From assembly GCA_051886215.1 (NCBI GenBank), contig JBJEXX010000111.1, positions 2,679 through 66,678 of the forward strand: DNA of 64,000 nucleotides. Reading direction: 5' to 3'. The notes beneath the pieces were generated by a model, which did not search any database, was not told where the DNA came from, and saw only the letters and a list, made by a program, of their open reading frames with translations. A program made the position numbers and the translations under genes. The number at the start of each line of letters is the position of its first letter. Positions within the stretch are counted from its first letter, which is position 1. The DNA comes from Bacilli bacterium. GTDB lineage: Bacteria > Bacillota_I > Bacilli_A > RF39 > UBA660. This document shows, in pieces, positions 36,641-45,601 of this stretch.

Positions 36641-36719
36641 AACAACCTCTTTATATTAAATATTATACATCACCTAAATTAAAAAAAAAATATATATATT
36701 CATAATCATATACATTTTT

Positions 36720-37436
36720 TTACAAATTACTACTTATCATTTCTTTTAACATTTTTTTATCTTCTATACTAACTCTATAAGAGTCATTGCATTTACTAAC
36801 AAATTTTCTAATAGTAAATTCATCTAGTCTATTCTTCCTAATAAAATTTAAAGTTTCTTCCTTAAAATTAATAAATAATTCACATAGAAGCCAAGCTTTA
36901 GCCATATTAACATAATAATAGTCATATTTTATATTTTTAATAATACTGAATATTTGATTTAAATAATCTTTATTTTTATATAAAGATAATAACATAATTA
37001 AACTAGCTCTTATTTCAAACTCTTTATCACTTTTACTATACTTATCAACTAAATAAAAGTATCTATCACGATTCTTTTTAATTATTTTAAAACTACTAAT
37101 ACATGTATCACAAATACACCAATTATTGATTTTTTTAATAAAAAGTTCTACATATTTATCAAAATCATCAGTATTTTTTATATTTCCTATAACAAAACCC
37201 TCTATTAATAACTCTTCAAAATAATCATTTTTATTTACTTTAAGAAAACTATTATAATTTCCTTTACATATTTCTTTAACAATTTTTCTAAGTATTGGTA
37301 TCTTAATACCTAACATTTTAAATTCTCCAGGAGTAATTTTTTTTGTAAAATCAATATATTTCTCATCACCAATACTTTTTAAATATAAAAGAAGTTTCTC
37401 ATATTCTTTATTATTCCAATTATCTAAAATAAACAT
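36720..37436 (-). CDS. DNA alkylation repair protein (AlkD-like HEAT-repeat family), tentative
   Basis: 238 aa, all-helical repeat pattern with W/K-rich helices (NMAKAWLLCELF) recalled from the AlkD/YhaZ-type family. Confidence 0.45.
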   Translation of the reverse strand: MFILDNWNNKEYEKLLLYLKSIGDEKYIDFTKKITPGEFKMLGIKIPILRKIVKEICKGNYNSFLKVNKNDYFEELLIEGFVIGNIKNTDDFDKYVELFIKKINNWCICDTCISSFKIIKKNRDRYFYLVDKYSKSDKEFEIRASLIMLLSLYKNKDYLNQIFSIIKNIKYDYYYVNMAKAWLLCELFINFKEETLNFIRKNRLDEFTIRKFVSKCNDSYRVSIEDKKMLKEMISSNL

Positions 37437-37470
37437 AATTACCTCGCAAATTTATTAATAAAAAAAGTTG

Positions 37471-38109
37471 TTAACCATTAACTTCACTAACAACTTTTCT
37501 TTCTCTATAGCAAACTTTTTTTTCATAAAAATGAATCTTATTTATACTATCATATTCTGTATTTTCTATTTCATTATAATTATATATAAAAATTTCTTCT
37601 GGTACAAAATATTTTAATACATAATTATTACCTTTTTTATAATTATATAATACAATTTCATCAATTAATTTTTTATTTTTTTTGGAAGGTTCTTCATCTT
37701 CACAATCACTAACATAATAAATATCTGATTCTTTTTTATTTATATCAATCTCATATACCATATAATTATCACATTTTAAAGTCACTAATAATTTATCATT
37801 TTTCATAGTTACATATGATTCATTTAAACTACATTTATTGTTAGCATTAAATGGACTTGTAATATTATAAGATTCATCATATTTTACTATTTCATCTAAA
37901 TATATTTTTCTATTAAAATCAACTTTATTATACACAGCATAAGTTTTTGCATTATAAGAAAACGCAACTGCATCATATATCAATGCTTTAAATTTAGTCT
38001 TATTGGCACTATTTAAAGCAACTAACGAAATAATACAAAAAACAGTAGCATATAAAATAATAACAACCAATACCTCAAAAGCCGAAAATCCCTTTTTATT
38101 GTTCATCAT
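37471..38109 (-). CDS. Prepilin-type N-terminal cleavage/methylation domain protein (orphan pseudopilin-like)
   Basis: MMNNKKG|FSAFEVLVVIILYATVF is a class III signal with Gly-1, Phe+1, Glu+5 and a hydrophobic helix. Confidence 0.6.
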   Translation of the reverse strand: MMNNKKGFSAFEVLVVIILYATVFCIISLVALNSANKTKFKALIYDAVAFSYNAKTYAVYNKVDFNRKIYLDEIVKYDESYNITSPFNANNKCSLNESYVTMKNDKLLVTLKCDNYMVYEIDINKKESDIYYVSDCEDEEPSKKNKKLIDEIVLYNYKKGNNYVLKYFVPEEIFIYNYNEIENTEYDSINKIHFYEKKVCYRERKVVSEVNG

Positions 38110-39805
38110 AAATTTCCTTTACTCTTCTTTCTACATTACTATCAATAAAACTTATAGTTTGAATAGCAGTATCTAACGCTTGACGATATTTACCTTTATA
38201 AAACAACATTCCTGCATTATTAAGACCACTATCTATTTCTGGCATATTACTACGATATCTATTACCATACACAATAGCAATTTCACTCATTTTAGCATCT
38301 TTTATCATTTCATTAGTAGTATTATAAAGTTTTAATACTAAATCTCTAGCAGTATCAACTCTAGTATTTAAAGTCTTAATAGTTATCGGCTTTTTTTCAA
38401 GTTCTTTTATTATTTCCAAAATTGCTTCATTAGCTTCTGATAACTCCACAAAATAATTATTTGTAATAATTGGCAATTTATAACTTCTAATAACACTTTT
38501 TGATTGTTTTAAAAACTCTTGAATTTCTTCTAATTGTTCTCTAGCTCTCACTTCATCATCATACATACTACCTAATGATTTTAATGAAACATCTAAATCT
38601 TCTTCTAATTCTTTGAGTTTTATTATCAAGATTTCAATTTCTTTAACATAATGCACATAACTATCTTTTCTATTATTTATACTTTCCTGTAAATCTTTAT
38701 AATCAATATTTATAGCAAGTAATCTTTTATTAACATCGTCTATCGCAGTTACATCTTCATCTGTTAAATCATACATATTTTTAATATCATCAATTTGTTT
38801 ATATATATCTTTAACTACTTTATCCGTCTTCTTTATTTTTTTGGAGAAACCTACTTCCAATTCTTCATATTCACGTCTAGCTTGCTTTTCTTCTTCAAAT
38901 TTTGTAAATAAAGAATCCAAATAATCTAATATAGTTTTTAATTCAAACATACAATCCGTTAAATCTAAAACTTTTATTCTTTCTAAAATTAATTTAACCT
39001 GTTTATTAGTTTCTTCAATATTATAATCTACATTTAAAAAATCTAAAGCATAGCCATTTTTTATCATAGTAGCATTAATATCTTTTATTTCTAATACTCT
39101 ATGTGGAATCAAATGATTAGCCATAAGTAATAAATTAGGTACTTCTTCAATAACTACTGATAAATGTTCTATTAAATTATCTAAAGCTTTAACAATATGA
39201 ACTACTTCACTATACTCATTATCTTCCATTGATTTTTCAAAATTTAAAAACATTGTCTCAATATTTTCAAGTTGTAGTTCTATAGGTTCACTAACATCTT
39301 CATAGTCTACTTTGTGTTCTTGAAATTCCGTTTGTAATTCTCTATATTTATTTTTTAATTTAGTAACTATACCTCTATATTTTTCTTCACTTAAAGTTAT
39401 ATCATTTATCTCTTTTAAAATATTATCCGCACTATTTCTAGCCTTATAGATTTCTAATTCCGTTTTTGCAAATAAAATACGTTTTTCTTTAATATTCTCT
39501 GCAACATCTAATTCTACAATCATATCTGTTATCTTAGAAACGTTAATTTTTTTTATATTTTCAAATCTATCTTGCCATTCTTTATATTTTTCTTCCATTT
39601 TTTCTGTTTTAATTATTTCTTCTACTTTAGAAAGTTCCGATAAAATTGGAGTACTAGAAATTAGATTTTTTTCAGTCTCTAATTTCATTATTTTATCATT
39701 ATAGTTTTTTTCTTTTTTCTTTTTCATTAGTGATAAAACGACTATTATTAAAACTATAGCAACTACTACATATGTAACAATCCATAAAGAAACATTAGTA
39801 CCCAT
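38096..39805 (-). CDS. ezrA: Septation ring formation regulator EzrA
   Basis: 569 aa with a single N-terminal TM then long coiled-coil repeats. Position between the nifS-thiI cluster and rpsD as in Bacillus. Confidence 0.8.
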   Translation of the reverse strand: MGTNVSLWIVTYVVVAIVLIIVVLSLMKKKKEKNYNDKIMKLETEKNLISSTPILSELSKVEEIIKTEKMEEKYKEWQDRFENIKKINVSKITDMIVELDVAENIKEKRILFAKTELEIYKARNSADNILKEINDITLSEEKYRGIVTKLKNKYRELQTEFQEHKVDYEDVSEPIELQLENIETMFLNFEKSMEDNEYSEVVHIVKALDNLIEHLSVVIEEVPNLLLMANHLIPHRVLEIKDINATMIKNGYALDFLNVDYNIEETNKQVKLILERIKVLDLTDCMFELKTILDYLDSLFTKFEEEKQARREYEELEVGFSKKIKKTDKVVKDIYKQIDDIKNMYDLTDEDVTAIDDVNKRLLAINIDYKDLQESINNRKDSYVHYVKEIEILIIKLKELEEDLDVSLKSLGSMYDDEVRAREQLEEIQEFLKQSKSVIRSYKLPIITNNYFVELSEANEAILEIIKELEKKPITIKTLNTRVDTARDLVLKLYNTTNEMIKDAKMSEIAIVYGNRYRSNMPEIDSGLNNAGMLFYKGKYRQALDTAIQTISFIDSNVERRVKEIYDEQ

Positions 39806-39915
39806 TTTATCACCTCACTTATTATAGTTTCATAAATATTTTATCATATTTATATTTTTTTTAACATATTTTTTACAAAATTATATATAAAAATACTAAA
39901 GAACTAAAGAAATCG

Positions 39916-39944
39916 TTGACATTACTAGCTTTTTTATATATAAT
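39916..39944 (+). promoter_or_regulatory. Consensus sigma-A promoter of rpsD
   Basis: TTGACA (39916-39921), 17-nt spacer, TATAAT (39939-39944). Confidence 0.7.
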
Positions 39945-40098
39945 TATTAATGCAAATCAACTGATGCAGCAGATAAAGAAATCTATAATGTGTCTTGTGT
40001 TAGTAACGAATGCTGCAAAGCGAAAACACATATAAAGACTCCCTATAGATTGACTTTATCCCTTCAATTGATTGTAATATAATTGAAAGGAGAATATT
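39945..40098 (+). promoter_or_regulatory. Long 5' leader of rpsD (possible S4 autoregulatory leader)
   Basis: About 150-nt untranslated leader with complementary segments (TGCAGCA ... TGCTGCA). rpsD leaders are known autoregulatory targets in Firmicutes. Confidence 0.4.
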
Positions 40099-40692
40099 AT
40101 GTCAAGATACACAGGACCAAGTAACAAACAAGCTAGACGTGTTGGTTTTTCAATTTTAGAAAATGGTAAAGATTTAAAACGTCCTTATGGACCAGGACAA
40201 CACGGAAATGCTAGACATGGTAAACTATCTAACTATGGTGAACAATTAAAAGAAAAACAAAAAGTTAGATTTATGTATGGAGTAAATGAAAGACAATTTA
40301 AGAAAACTTTTAAAGAAGCAGGAAAACTTGCTGGTAAACATGGTGATAATTTCTTAGGTTTACTTGAATCTCGTTTAGATAATTTAGTTTATCGTATAGG
40401 ATTTGCTTCAACTCGTCGTGGAGCTAGACAATTAGTTAACCACGGACACATAACTGTTGATGGTAAAAAAGTTGATATTCCATCATATAGAGTTAAACCA
40501 GGACAAGTTATTGGATTAAAACATAAAGATTTAAAAGTTGTTAATGAGTCATTAGAAAAAGTATTAAAAAGAGTTGAATTCATTAATTATGATGAAGGAA
40601 AACAAGAAGCAACTTACGTAAGAATACCTCAAAGAAATGAATTAAATGCTGATATTAATGAAGCATTAATAGTTGAATTCTATAACAGATAA
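40099..40692 (+). CDS. rpsD: 30S ribosomal protein S4
   Basis: MSRYTGPS.. N-terminus and an S4 domain ([27 protein letters not shown]). Confidence 0.97.
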   Translation: MSRYTGPSNKQARRVGFSILENGKDLKRPYGPGQHGNARHGKLSNYGEQLKEKQKVRFMYGVNERQFKKTFKEAGKLAGKHGDNFLGLLESRLDNLVYRIGFASTRRGARQLVNHGHITVDGKKVDIPSYRVKPGQVIGLKHKDLKVVNESLEKVLKRVEFINYDEGKQEATYVRIPQRNELNADINEALIVEFYNR

Positions 40693-40696
40693 TATT

Positions 40697-40727
40697 AAAA
40701 ACATCTTCAAAAAAGATGTTTTTTTTA
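40697..40727 (+). terminator. Rho-independent terminator of rpsD (shared with the convergent gene)
   Basis: AAAACATCTT-caaa-AAGATGTTTT followed by a T-run. Confidence 0.75.
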
Positions 40728-42017
40728 ATTATTTTTCAATTGTCCTTCAAAATTATATTCATTAATTAAAGTCACATAGTTATATTTATTACTACCTAAT
40801 TCTTTATTCTTAGAATTAGTAAAGCCAGCAACCAACAATTTGTCATTTTTAACAATTAAAGCTCTATAATAATCATTATTTTCATATGCATATTCATTTG
40901 TCCAATCCTGCTTTAAATCATAATCATATTTAGAAATAATTCCTTTGTAAATATAATCAACAAAAAGAGAATCTTTTTTACCTTCTTTTTTAGCAGAATC
41001 ACCTACCAAATATAATTTATTATTATAACTTATAATATCATTCCAAATAGAATAATCTTCCTCTTTATATGTAATTTCATTTATCTTTTTACCAGATAAA
41101 TCATATTTAACAATAGTTGCTTTTTCTGTAATCTTTTTATCCTCTTCTTTAGTCTTAGAACATACAGTAAATATATTATTATCTGCATATACTAGTGAAG
41201 TAAAACCACTTTTATTTACATCTTCATATTCAATATTCATCTTTTCATTAAGTTCTTTATCTAAAGATATTAATATAGCTTTTTCAGATGAAGAACTTCC
41301 AACTACATAATACATATCATCTATTTTGATTATATCATTAAAAGAACCAGATTTATTAGAAGCAAAACGATTTGTTTTTAATACTTTACCAGATAAATCA
41401 TACTTAACAATAATAGCTCCACCTTTTTCTTCATTTCCAATAACATCACTTTCATAAATACTACTACCAACTACAATAATAGTATCATTGTCAATTAATA
41501 AACTTTTAAAGTAAGAATTATCTAACTCCTTATATGTTTTATCCCAAATAACTTTACCATCTTTATCAAATTTAACAATCAAAGCATCTTTAAGACCTGA
41601 TTTATGTTGTTTTTCAGTACTTTCTACTGCACCAACAACTATATAACCATCACTTACTTCAATTGCATCATAAAATACACTTCTATAATTTTTATCATAT
41701 TTAAATTCTTTAACTAAATTATTATTATCATCATAAATAGCAACTTTACCAGATTCTTTATCAAGTTTTTCATTTATCTCGCTATTAGAAAAATCACTAC
41801 TACCAACAACAATATAACCATTGTCTAAATTAATTATTTTTTGAGCTAAATCAATATTAAAATCTTTATTTTTAGTAAGCACTAAATATCCAAACCAGAT
41901 AAATTCTAATATTACAATAGCAATCCCGATAAAACATATATATTTAAGAACTTGAAATACTTTATCTTTTTCATGTTCTTTTTTATTTTTTAGCTTCTTA
42001 TAATTAACTTTCTTCAT
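40725..42017 (-). CDS. Membrane-anchored repeat protein (beta-propeller-like ~50-aa repeats)
   Basis: N-terminal TM, then about 7 repeats of the pattern ..D.Y(I/Y)VVG.S....(A/G).IVKYD..GK.. No family recognised. Confidence 0.5.
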   Translation of the reverse strand: MKKVNYKKLKNKKEHEKDKVFQVLKYICFIGIAIVILEFIWFGYLVLTKNKDFNIDLAQKIINLDNGYIVVGSSDFSNSEINEKLDKESGKVAIYDDNNNLVKEFKYDKNYRSVFYDAIEVSDGYIVVGAVESTEKQHKSGLKDALIVKFDKDGKVIWDKTYKELDNSYFKSLLIDNDTIIVVGSSIYESDVIGNEEKGGAIIVKYDLSGKVLKTNRFASNKSGSFNDIIKIDDMYYVVGSSSSEKAILISLDKELNEKMNIEYEDVNKSGFTSLVYADNNIFTVCSKTKEEDKKITEKATIVKYDLSGKKINEITYKEEDYSIWNDIISYNNKLYLVGDSAKKEGKKDSLFVDYIYKGIISKYDYDLKQDWTNEYAYENNDYYRALIVKNDKLLVAGFTNSKNKELGSNKYNYVTLINEYNFEGQLKNN

Positions 42018-42056
42018 TCTATCACCAATATTATTTTAACAAAAAAAGAAGATTTT

Positions 42057-42091
42057 TTAAACATATTTCACTAAGAAATATTTTTTCTTTC
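42057..42091. repeat. 35-bp exact duplicate of the tyrS 3' end (distal copy)
   Basis: TTAAACATATTTCACTAAGAAATATTTTTTCTTTC is identical to 45567-45601. A degenerate extension of ~10 bp carries a 3-nt indel. Confidence 0.9.
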
Positions 42092-42112
42092 TTCTTACTT
42101 TAAACATTTTAA

Positions 42113-43732
42113 TTATCTTAAACAGCCAAATGTAAATTGCTTTACTTTCTTTTTAGTTTCAATCATTTCTATTTGTTGTTTTCTAAAATCATCATCCAAA
42201 ATAGCAAAATCTAATATATTTATATTACTCATTAAAAAACCATTTCCTGTCTTTTTTAAATTTGGTAAATCTAATTTTTTTAATAAACAATTCATATACA
42301 GAAAAGAATCTCCAACAGTTTCTAAATTTGGTAATGATAACTCTAATAATGAATCATTACAACGTAAAAAATAATTATCTACTTTTTCTAAATTTGGTAA
42401 TTCTACCATTTTTATGTGTCTATTATGATATAAAAAATGAGCATCTATTACTTTTATATTTGGTAATGATAATTCTGTTAATGTTTGATTATAAAATAAG
42501 AAACTATTTCCTATAATTTCCAATTTTGGCAATAATAGTTTTATTAATGAACAATTATCATGCATAAAGAAATTACCAATTTCTCTTATATTTGGTAAAT
42601 TAAGCTTTTTTAATGCTTGATTATTAAATAAGAAACTGCTTTCTATAATTTCGACATTAAATAAATTTAATTCTAATAACGTATCGTTATAATATAAAAA
42701 ATAATCACCTATTTCTTTAATATTATTATTTTTATATCCTATAAGTCTATTTTGTTTATCTAAAGTAATGATAATATCTTCTCCGTATTTAGGAATAATA
42801 GTTATATCTTTTACCTTTTCCTTATTCTCTATTCTTATCTTACTTACATCACTTATCGTATCTAAAAAAGAATCCCCAATATATGTGTTATATAAAGATA
42901 ATTTTTTATTTATTAAATCTAAAACAAAATAATCAAATACAACATACTTTTCTTTTTCCAATCTATTCACTTGATAATTATCTATAATGATATTATTTGG
43001 GCAATAATATATATTATTTATTTCATAATTATACTTATAATATTTACCATCATTCGCTTGTACATAATTTAGTATTTCAAAACCATTACCTTTATGCTTT
43101 TGAACAATTCCATAAGCGTTTTCAAAACTTTTAGTTAAACCTGGTATGATATTATCTAAATTATTAGAAAATGTCGCATCTGGATTATTTACGGTATGAT
43201 TATATCTATTTTTTATTGATAAAGTATTTGTTTCATCCTTTGTAAATTGAATACTAATTACACTCGTCCCGTAGGCATCTTGCCTGTTTGGATTTTTAAA
43301 ATCTTCCCTTTTTATATTCTCTACATCTTTTTTAACCGCAAAGAAAACATAACAACTTTGTAATCGATTATCACTAAATGTACAAAGTTCTTCACCAGAA
43401 GCATAATACTTTTTAAAATTTTGTATTTCTTCTTCTGTAGTACATTCAAATAACTTATATCCTACATCACTTAAAAGTTCTTTAGGTGTTTTATTTACAA
43501 TAATTTCATTATTATTTTCAACAGCTACTAAACTATAAATATAATTTTTAAAATCACTTTCTAAAGTATTAGAAACAATATCATCATATAACATATGACT
43601 AGGATCAAAATGATCCATTAAAATCTTAGATAATAGTCCTTCTGTTTCTAAAAGACTAGAAAAGTTTTCTCGACAAAAATGCATCATATCTTCGCCATAT
43701 TTTTTCTTTATTATTTTTAAATCATTATTCAT
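42113..43732 (-). CDS. Cytoplasmic leucine-rich-repeat protein, paralog A (unknown N-domain + ~8 LRRs)
   Basis: C-terminal 22-23-aa repeats L.LPNL..IG..FL..N..L. No signal peptide or TM. Start at the ATG at 43732, 8 nt after GGGGA. Confidence 0.7.
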   Translation of the reverse strand: MNNDLKIIKKKYGEDMMHFCRENFSSLLETEGLLSKILMDHFDPSHMLYDDIVSNTLESDFKNYIYSLVAVENNNEIIVNKTPKELLSDVGYKLFECTTEEEIQNFKKYYASGEELCTFSDNRLQSCYVFFAVKKDVENIKREDFKNPNRQDAYGTSVISIQFTKDETNTLSIKNRYNHTVNNPDATFSNNLDNIIPGLTKSFENAYGIVQKHKGNGFEILNYVQANDGKYYKYNYEINNIYYCPNNIIIDNYQVNRLEKEKYVVFDYFVLDLINKKLSLYNTYIGDSFLDTISDVSKIRIENKEKVKDITIIPKYGEDIIITLDKQNRLIGYKNNNIKEIGDYFLYYNDTLLELNLFNVEIIESSFLFNNQALKKLNLPNIREIGNFFMHDNCSLIKLLLPKLEIIGNSFLFYNQTLTELSLPNIKVIDAHFLYHNRHIKMVELPNLEKVDNYFLRCNDSLLELSLPNLETVGDSFLYMNCLLKKLDLPNLKKTGNGFLMSNINILDFAILDDDFRKQQIEMIETKKKVKQFTFGCLR

Positions 43733-43807
43733 GATATTCATCCCCTAAAACTGCCTTTTATTATATAAGCAAACACTTTAAAAGTAAAGAACAAATGATA
43801 AAAGTCA

Positions 43808-43834
43808 TTATAAAAGGATGATTTTCATCATCCT
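43808..43834 (-). terminator. Hairpin terminator between the two LRR genes
   Basis: On the minus strand AGGATGAT-gaaa-ATCATCCT is followed by TTTTAT. Confidence 0.6.
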
Positions 43835-43920
43835 CATAATCAATTCATTTAGCAAACTTATTGTTCATCAACACTATTTGACAAAAAAATAAATTTTATA
43901 AAAATATATTTCTTCTAAAA

Positions 43921-43950
43921 ATAAATATATAAATATATAAATATATAAAT
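43921..43950. repeat. 8-bp tandem repeat ATAAATAT x3.75
   Basis: Read directly from the sequence. It abuts the stop codon of LRR paralog B. Confidence 0.85.
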
Positions 43951-45501
43951 CTATAGTTTTTTTTGCTTTACTTTTTTCTGCTTTTCAAATAAATTTTGGT
44001 GTTCTTTTACAAATCTACCTTTAATAACAGCATCTTCAGGAATATTTATACTTCTCAAAGAATCATTACATATAAGAAAATTATATCCTGCTTTTTGTAA
44101 TTTTGGTAAATCTAATTCTGTTAATTCATTATTATGAAATAAAAAACTATCTCCTATAAGCTCCGCCTTTGGTAATGATAATGACACCAAAACTTGATTG
44201 TATTCTAAAAAAAAGTTTCCTATACTTTTTAAATTAGGTAAATTTAACACTCGTAAAGCATCATTACAATTAAGAAAACTAGATCCAATCATTTCTAATT
44301 TTGGTAAATGCATCATCGATAATACATGATTATAAAATAAAAAAGAAGAACCAATTGTCTTTACCTTAGGCAATTCTATTTCCGACAATACTTTATTACA
44401 AGTCATAAAGTGGTCGCCTATCTTTTCAACGCTAAATAATTCCACGCTAGTCAAAAGCTCATTATAATATAAAAAACAGCGTTCTATTGTCTCTACATTA
44501 TTATTTTTATATCCTATAATATGATTTTCTTTATCTAAAGTAATTACAACAACTTCTCCTTCTTTTTCAGTTATATAGATTTCTTTTTTATCTTCTTTAT
44601 TTTCTAATTTTATTTTTTCTATATCCTTTATAGTATCTGGAAAAGAGTCTATTATATCATCATATAAAGTGATTTTCTTATTTACTAAATCTAATATAAA
44701 ATAGTCCATTATTATATATTTTTCTTTTTCATATTGTTTAGCTTTAAAGTTTTTAATAATAATATTATCTGGACAATAATAAATATTATCTATCTCATAA
44801 TTAAATTTGTAATATTTTCCTTCTGCCTTTGTATAATTTGTTATTTCAAAATCATTATTCTTGTATTTTTGTACAAGTCCATATTCTTTTTCAAAACTTT
44901 CTGTAAGCCCCGGAATAATATTATCTAAATTATTTGAAAATGTGGCGTCTGGATTGCTTACTGTATGATTGTATCTATTTTTTATTGATAAAGTATGGTT
45001 TTCATCTTTTGTAAACTGAATACTTATCACACTTGTTCCGTAAAGATCTTGTCTTTTAGGATTAGTAAAGTCTTCCCTTTTAATTTGACCTACATCTTTT
45101 TTAACCGCAAAGAAAACATAACAACTTGATAATCGATCATCACTAAATGTACAAAGTTCTTCTCCCGGAGCATAATATCTTTTAAAACTTTGTATTTCTT
45201 CTTCTGTAGTACATTCAAATAAATTATATCCTACATCACTTAAAAGTTCTTTAGGTGTTTTATTTACAATAATTGCATCATTATTTTCAACATCTACTAA
45301 GCTATAAATATAATTTTTAAAATTTCTTTCTAAATTTTCTTTTTTGATATCATTAAATAAATAATGGCATGGATGGAAATGTTCCAAAAGAAGAGTTTGT
45401 AATAATCCTTCTGTTTCTAAAAGACTAGAAAAGTTTTCTCGACAAAAATGCATCATATCTTCGCCATATTTTTTCTTTATGATTTTTAAATCTTCATTCA
45501 T
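43951..45501 (-). CDS. Cytoplasmic leucine-rich-repeat protein, paralog B
   Basis: Same architecture as paralog A. Start taken at MNEDLKII (45501) after GGGGTG. Confidence 0.7.
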   Translation of the reverse strand: MNEDLKIIKKKYGEDMMHFCRENFSSLLETEGLLQTLLLEHFHPCHYLFNDIKKENLERNFKNYIYSLVDVENNDAIIVNKTPKELLSDVGYNLFECTTEEEIQSFKRYYAPGEELCTFSDDRLSSCYVFFAVKKDVGQIKREDFTNPKRQDLYGTSVISIQFTKDENHTLSIKNRYNHTVSNPDATFSNNLDNIIPGLTESFEKEYGLVQKYKNNDFEITNYTKAEGKYYKFNYEIDNIYYCPDNIIIKNFKAKQYEKEKYIIMDYFILDLVNKKITLYDDIIDSFPDTIKDIEKIKLENKEDKKEIYITEKEGEVVVITLDKENHIIGYKNNNVETIERCFLYYNELLTSVELFSVEKIGDHFMTCNKVLSEIELPKVKTIGSSFLFYNHVLSMMHLPKLEMIGSSFLNCNDALRVLNLPNLKSIGNFFLEYNQVLVSLSLPKAELIGDSFLFHNNELTELDLPKLQKAGYNFLICNDSLRSINIPEDAVIKGRFVKEHQNLFEKQKKVKQKKL

Positions 45502-45566
45502 AATAACACCCCAAAAAGTGACTTCTATTATAAATGAAAACAAAAGAAAAGTAAAGAAAAAGAGGA

Positions 45567-45601
45567 TTAAACATATTTCACTAAGAAATATTTTTTCTTT
45601 C
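45567..45601. repeat. 35-bp repeat copy inside the tyrS 3' end (proximal copy)
   Basis: Identical to 42057-42091. Encodes KKKYFLVKYV* of TyrS. Confidence 0.9.

Noticed and set aside
43921-43950. Tandem repeat checked as a possible CRISPR or minisatellite array
   Set aside because: The units are 8 bp with no spacers, in under four copies. This is not CRISPR-like, and no other repeat-spacer structure was seen in the window.
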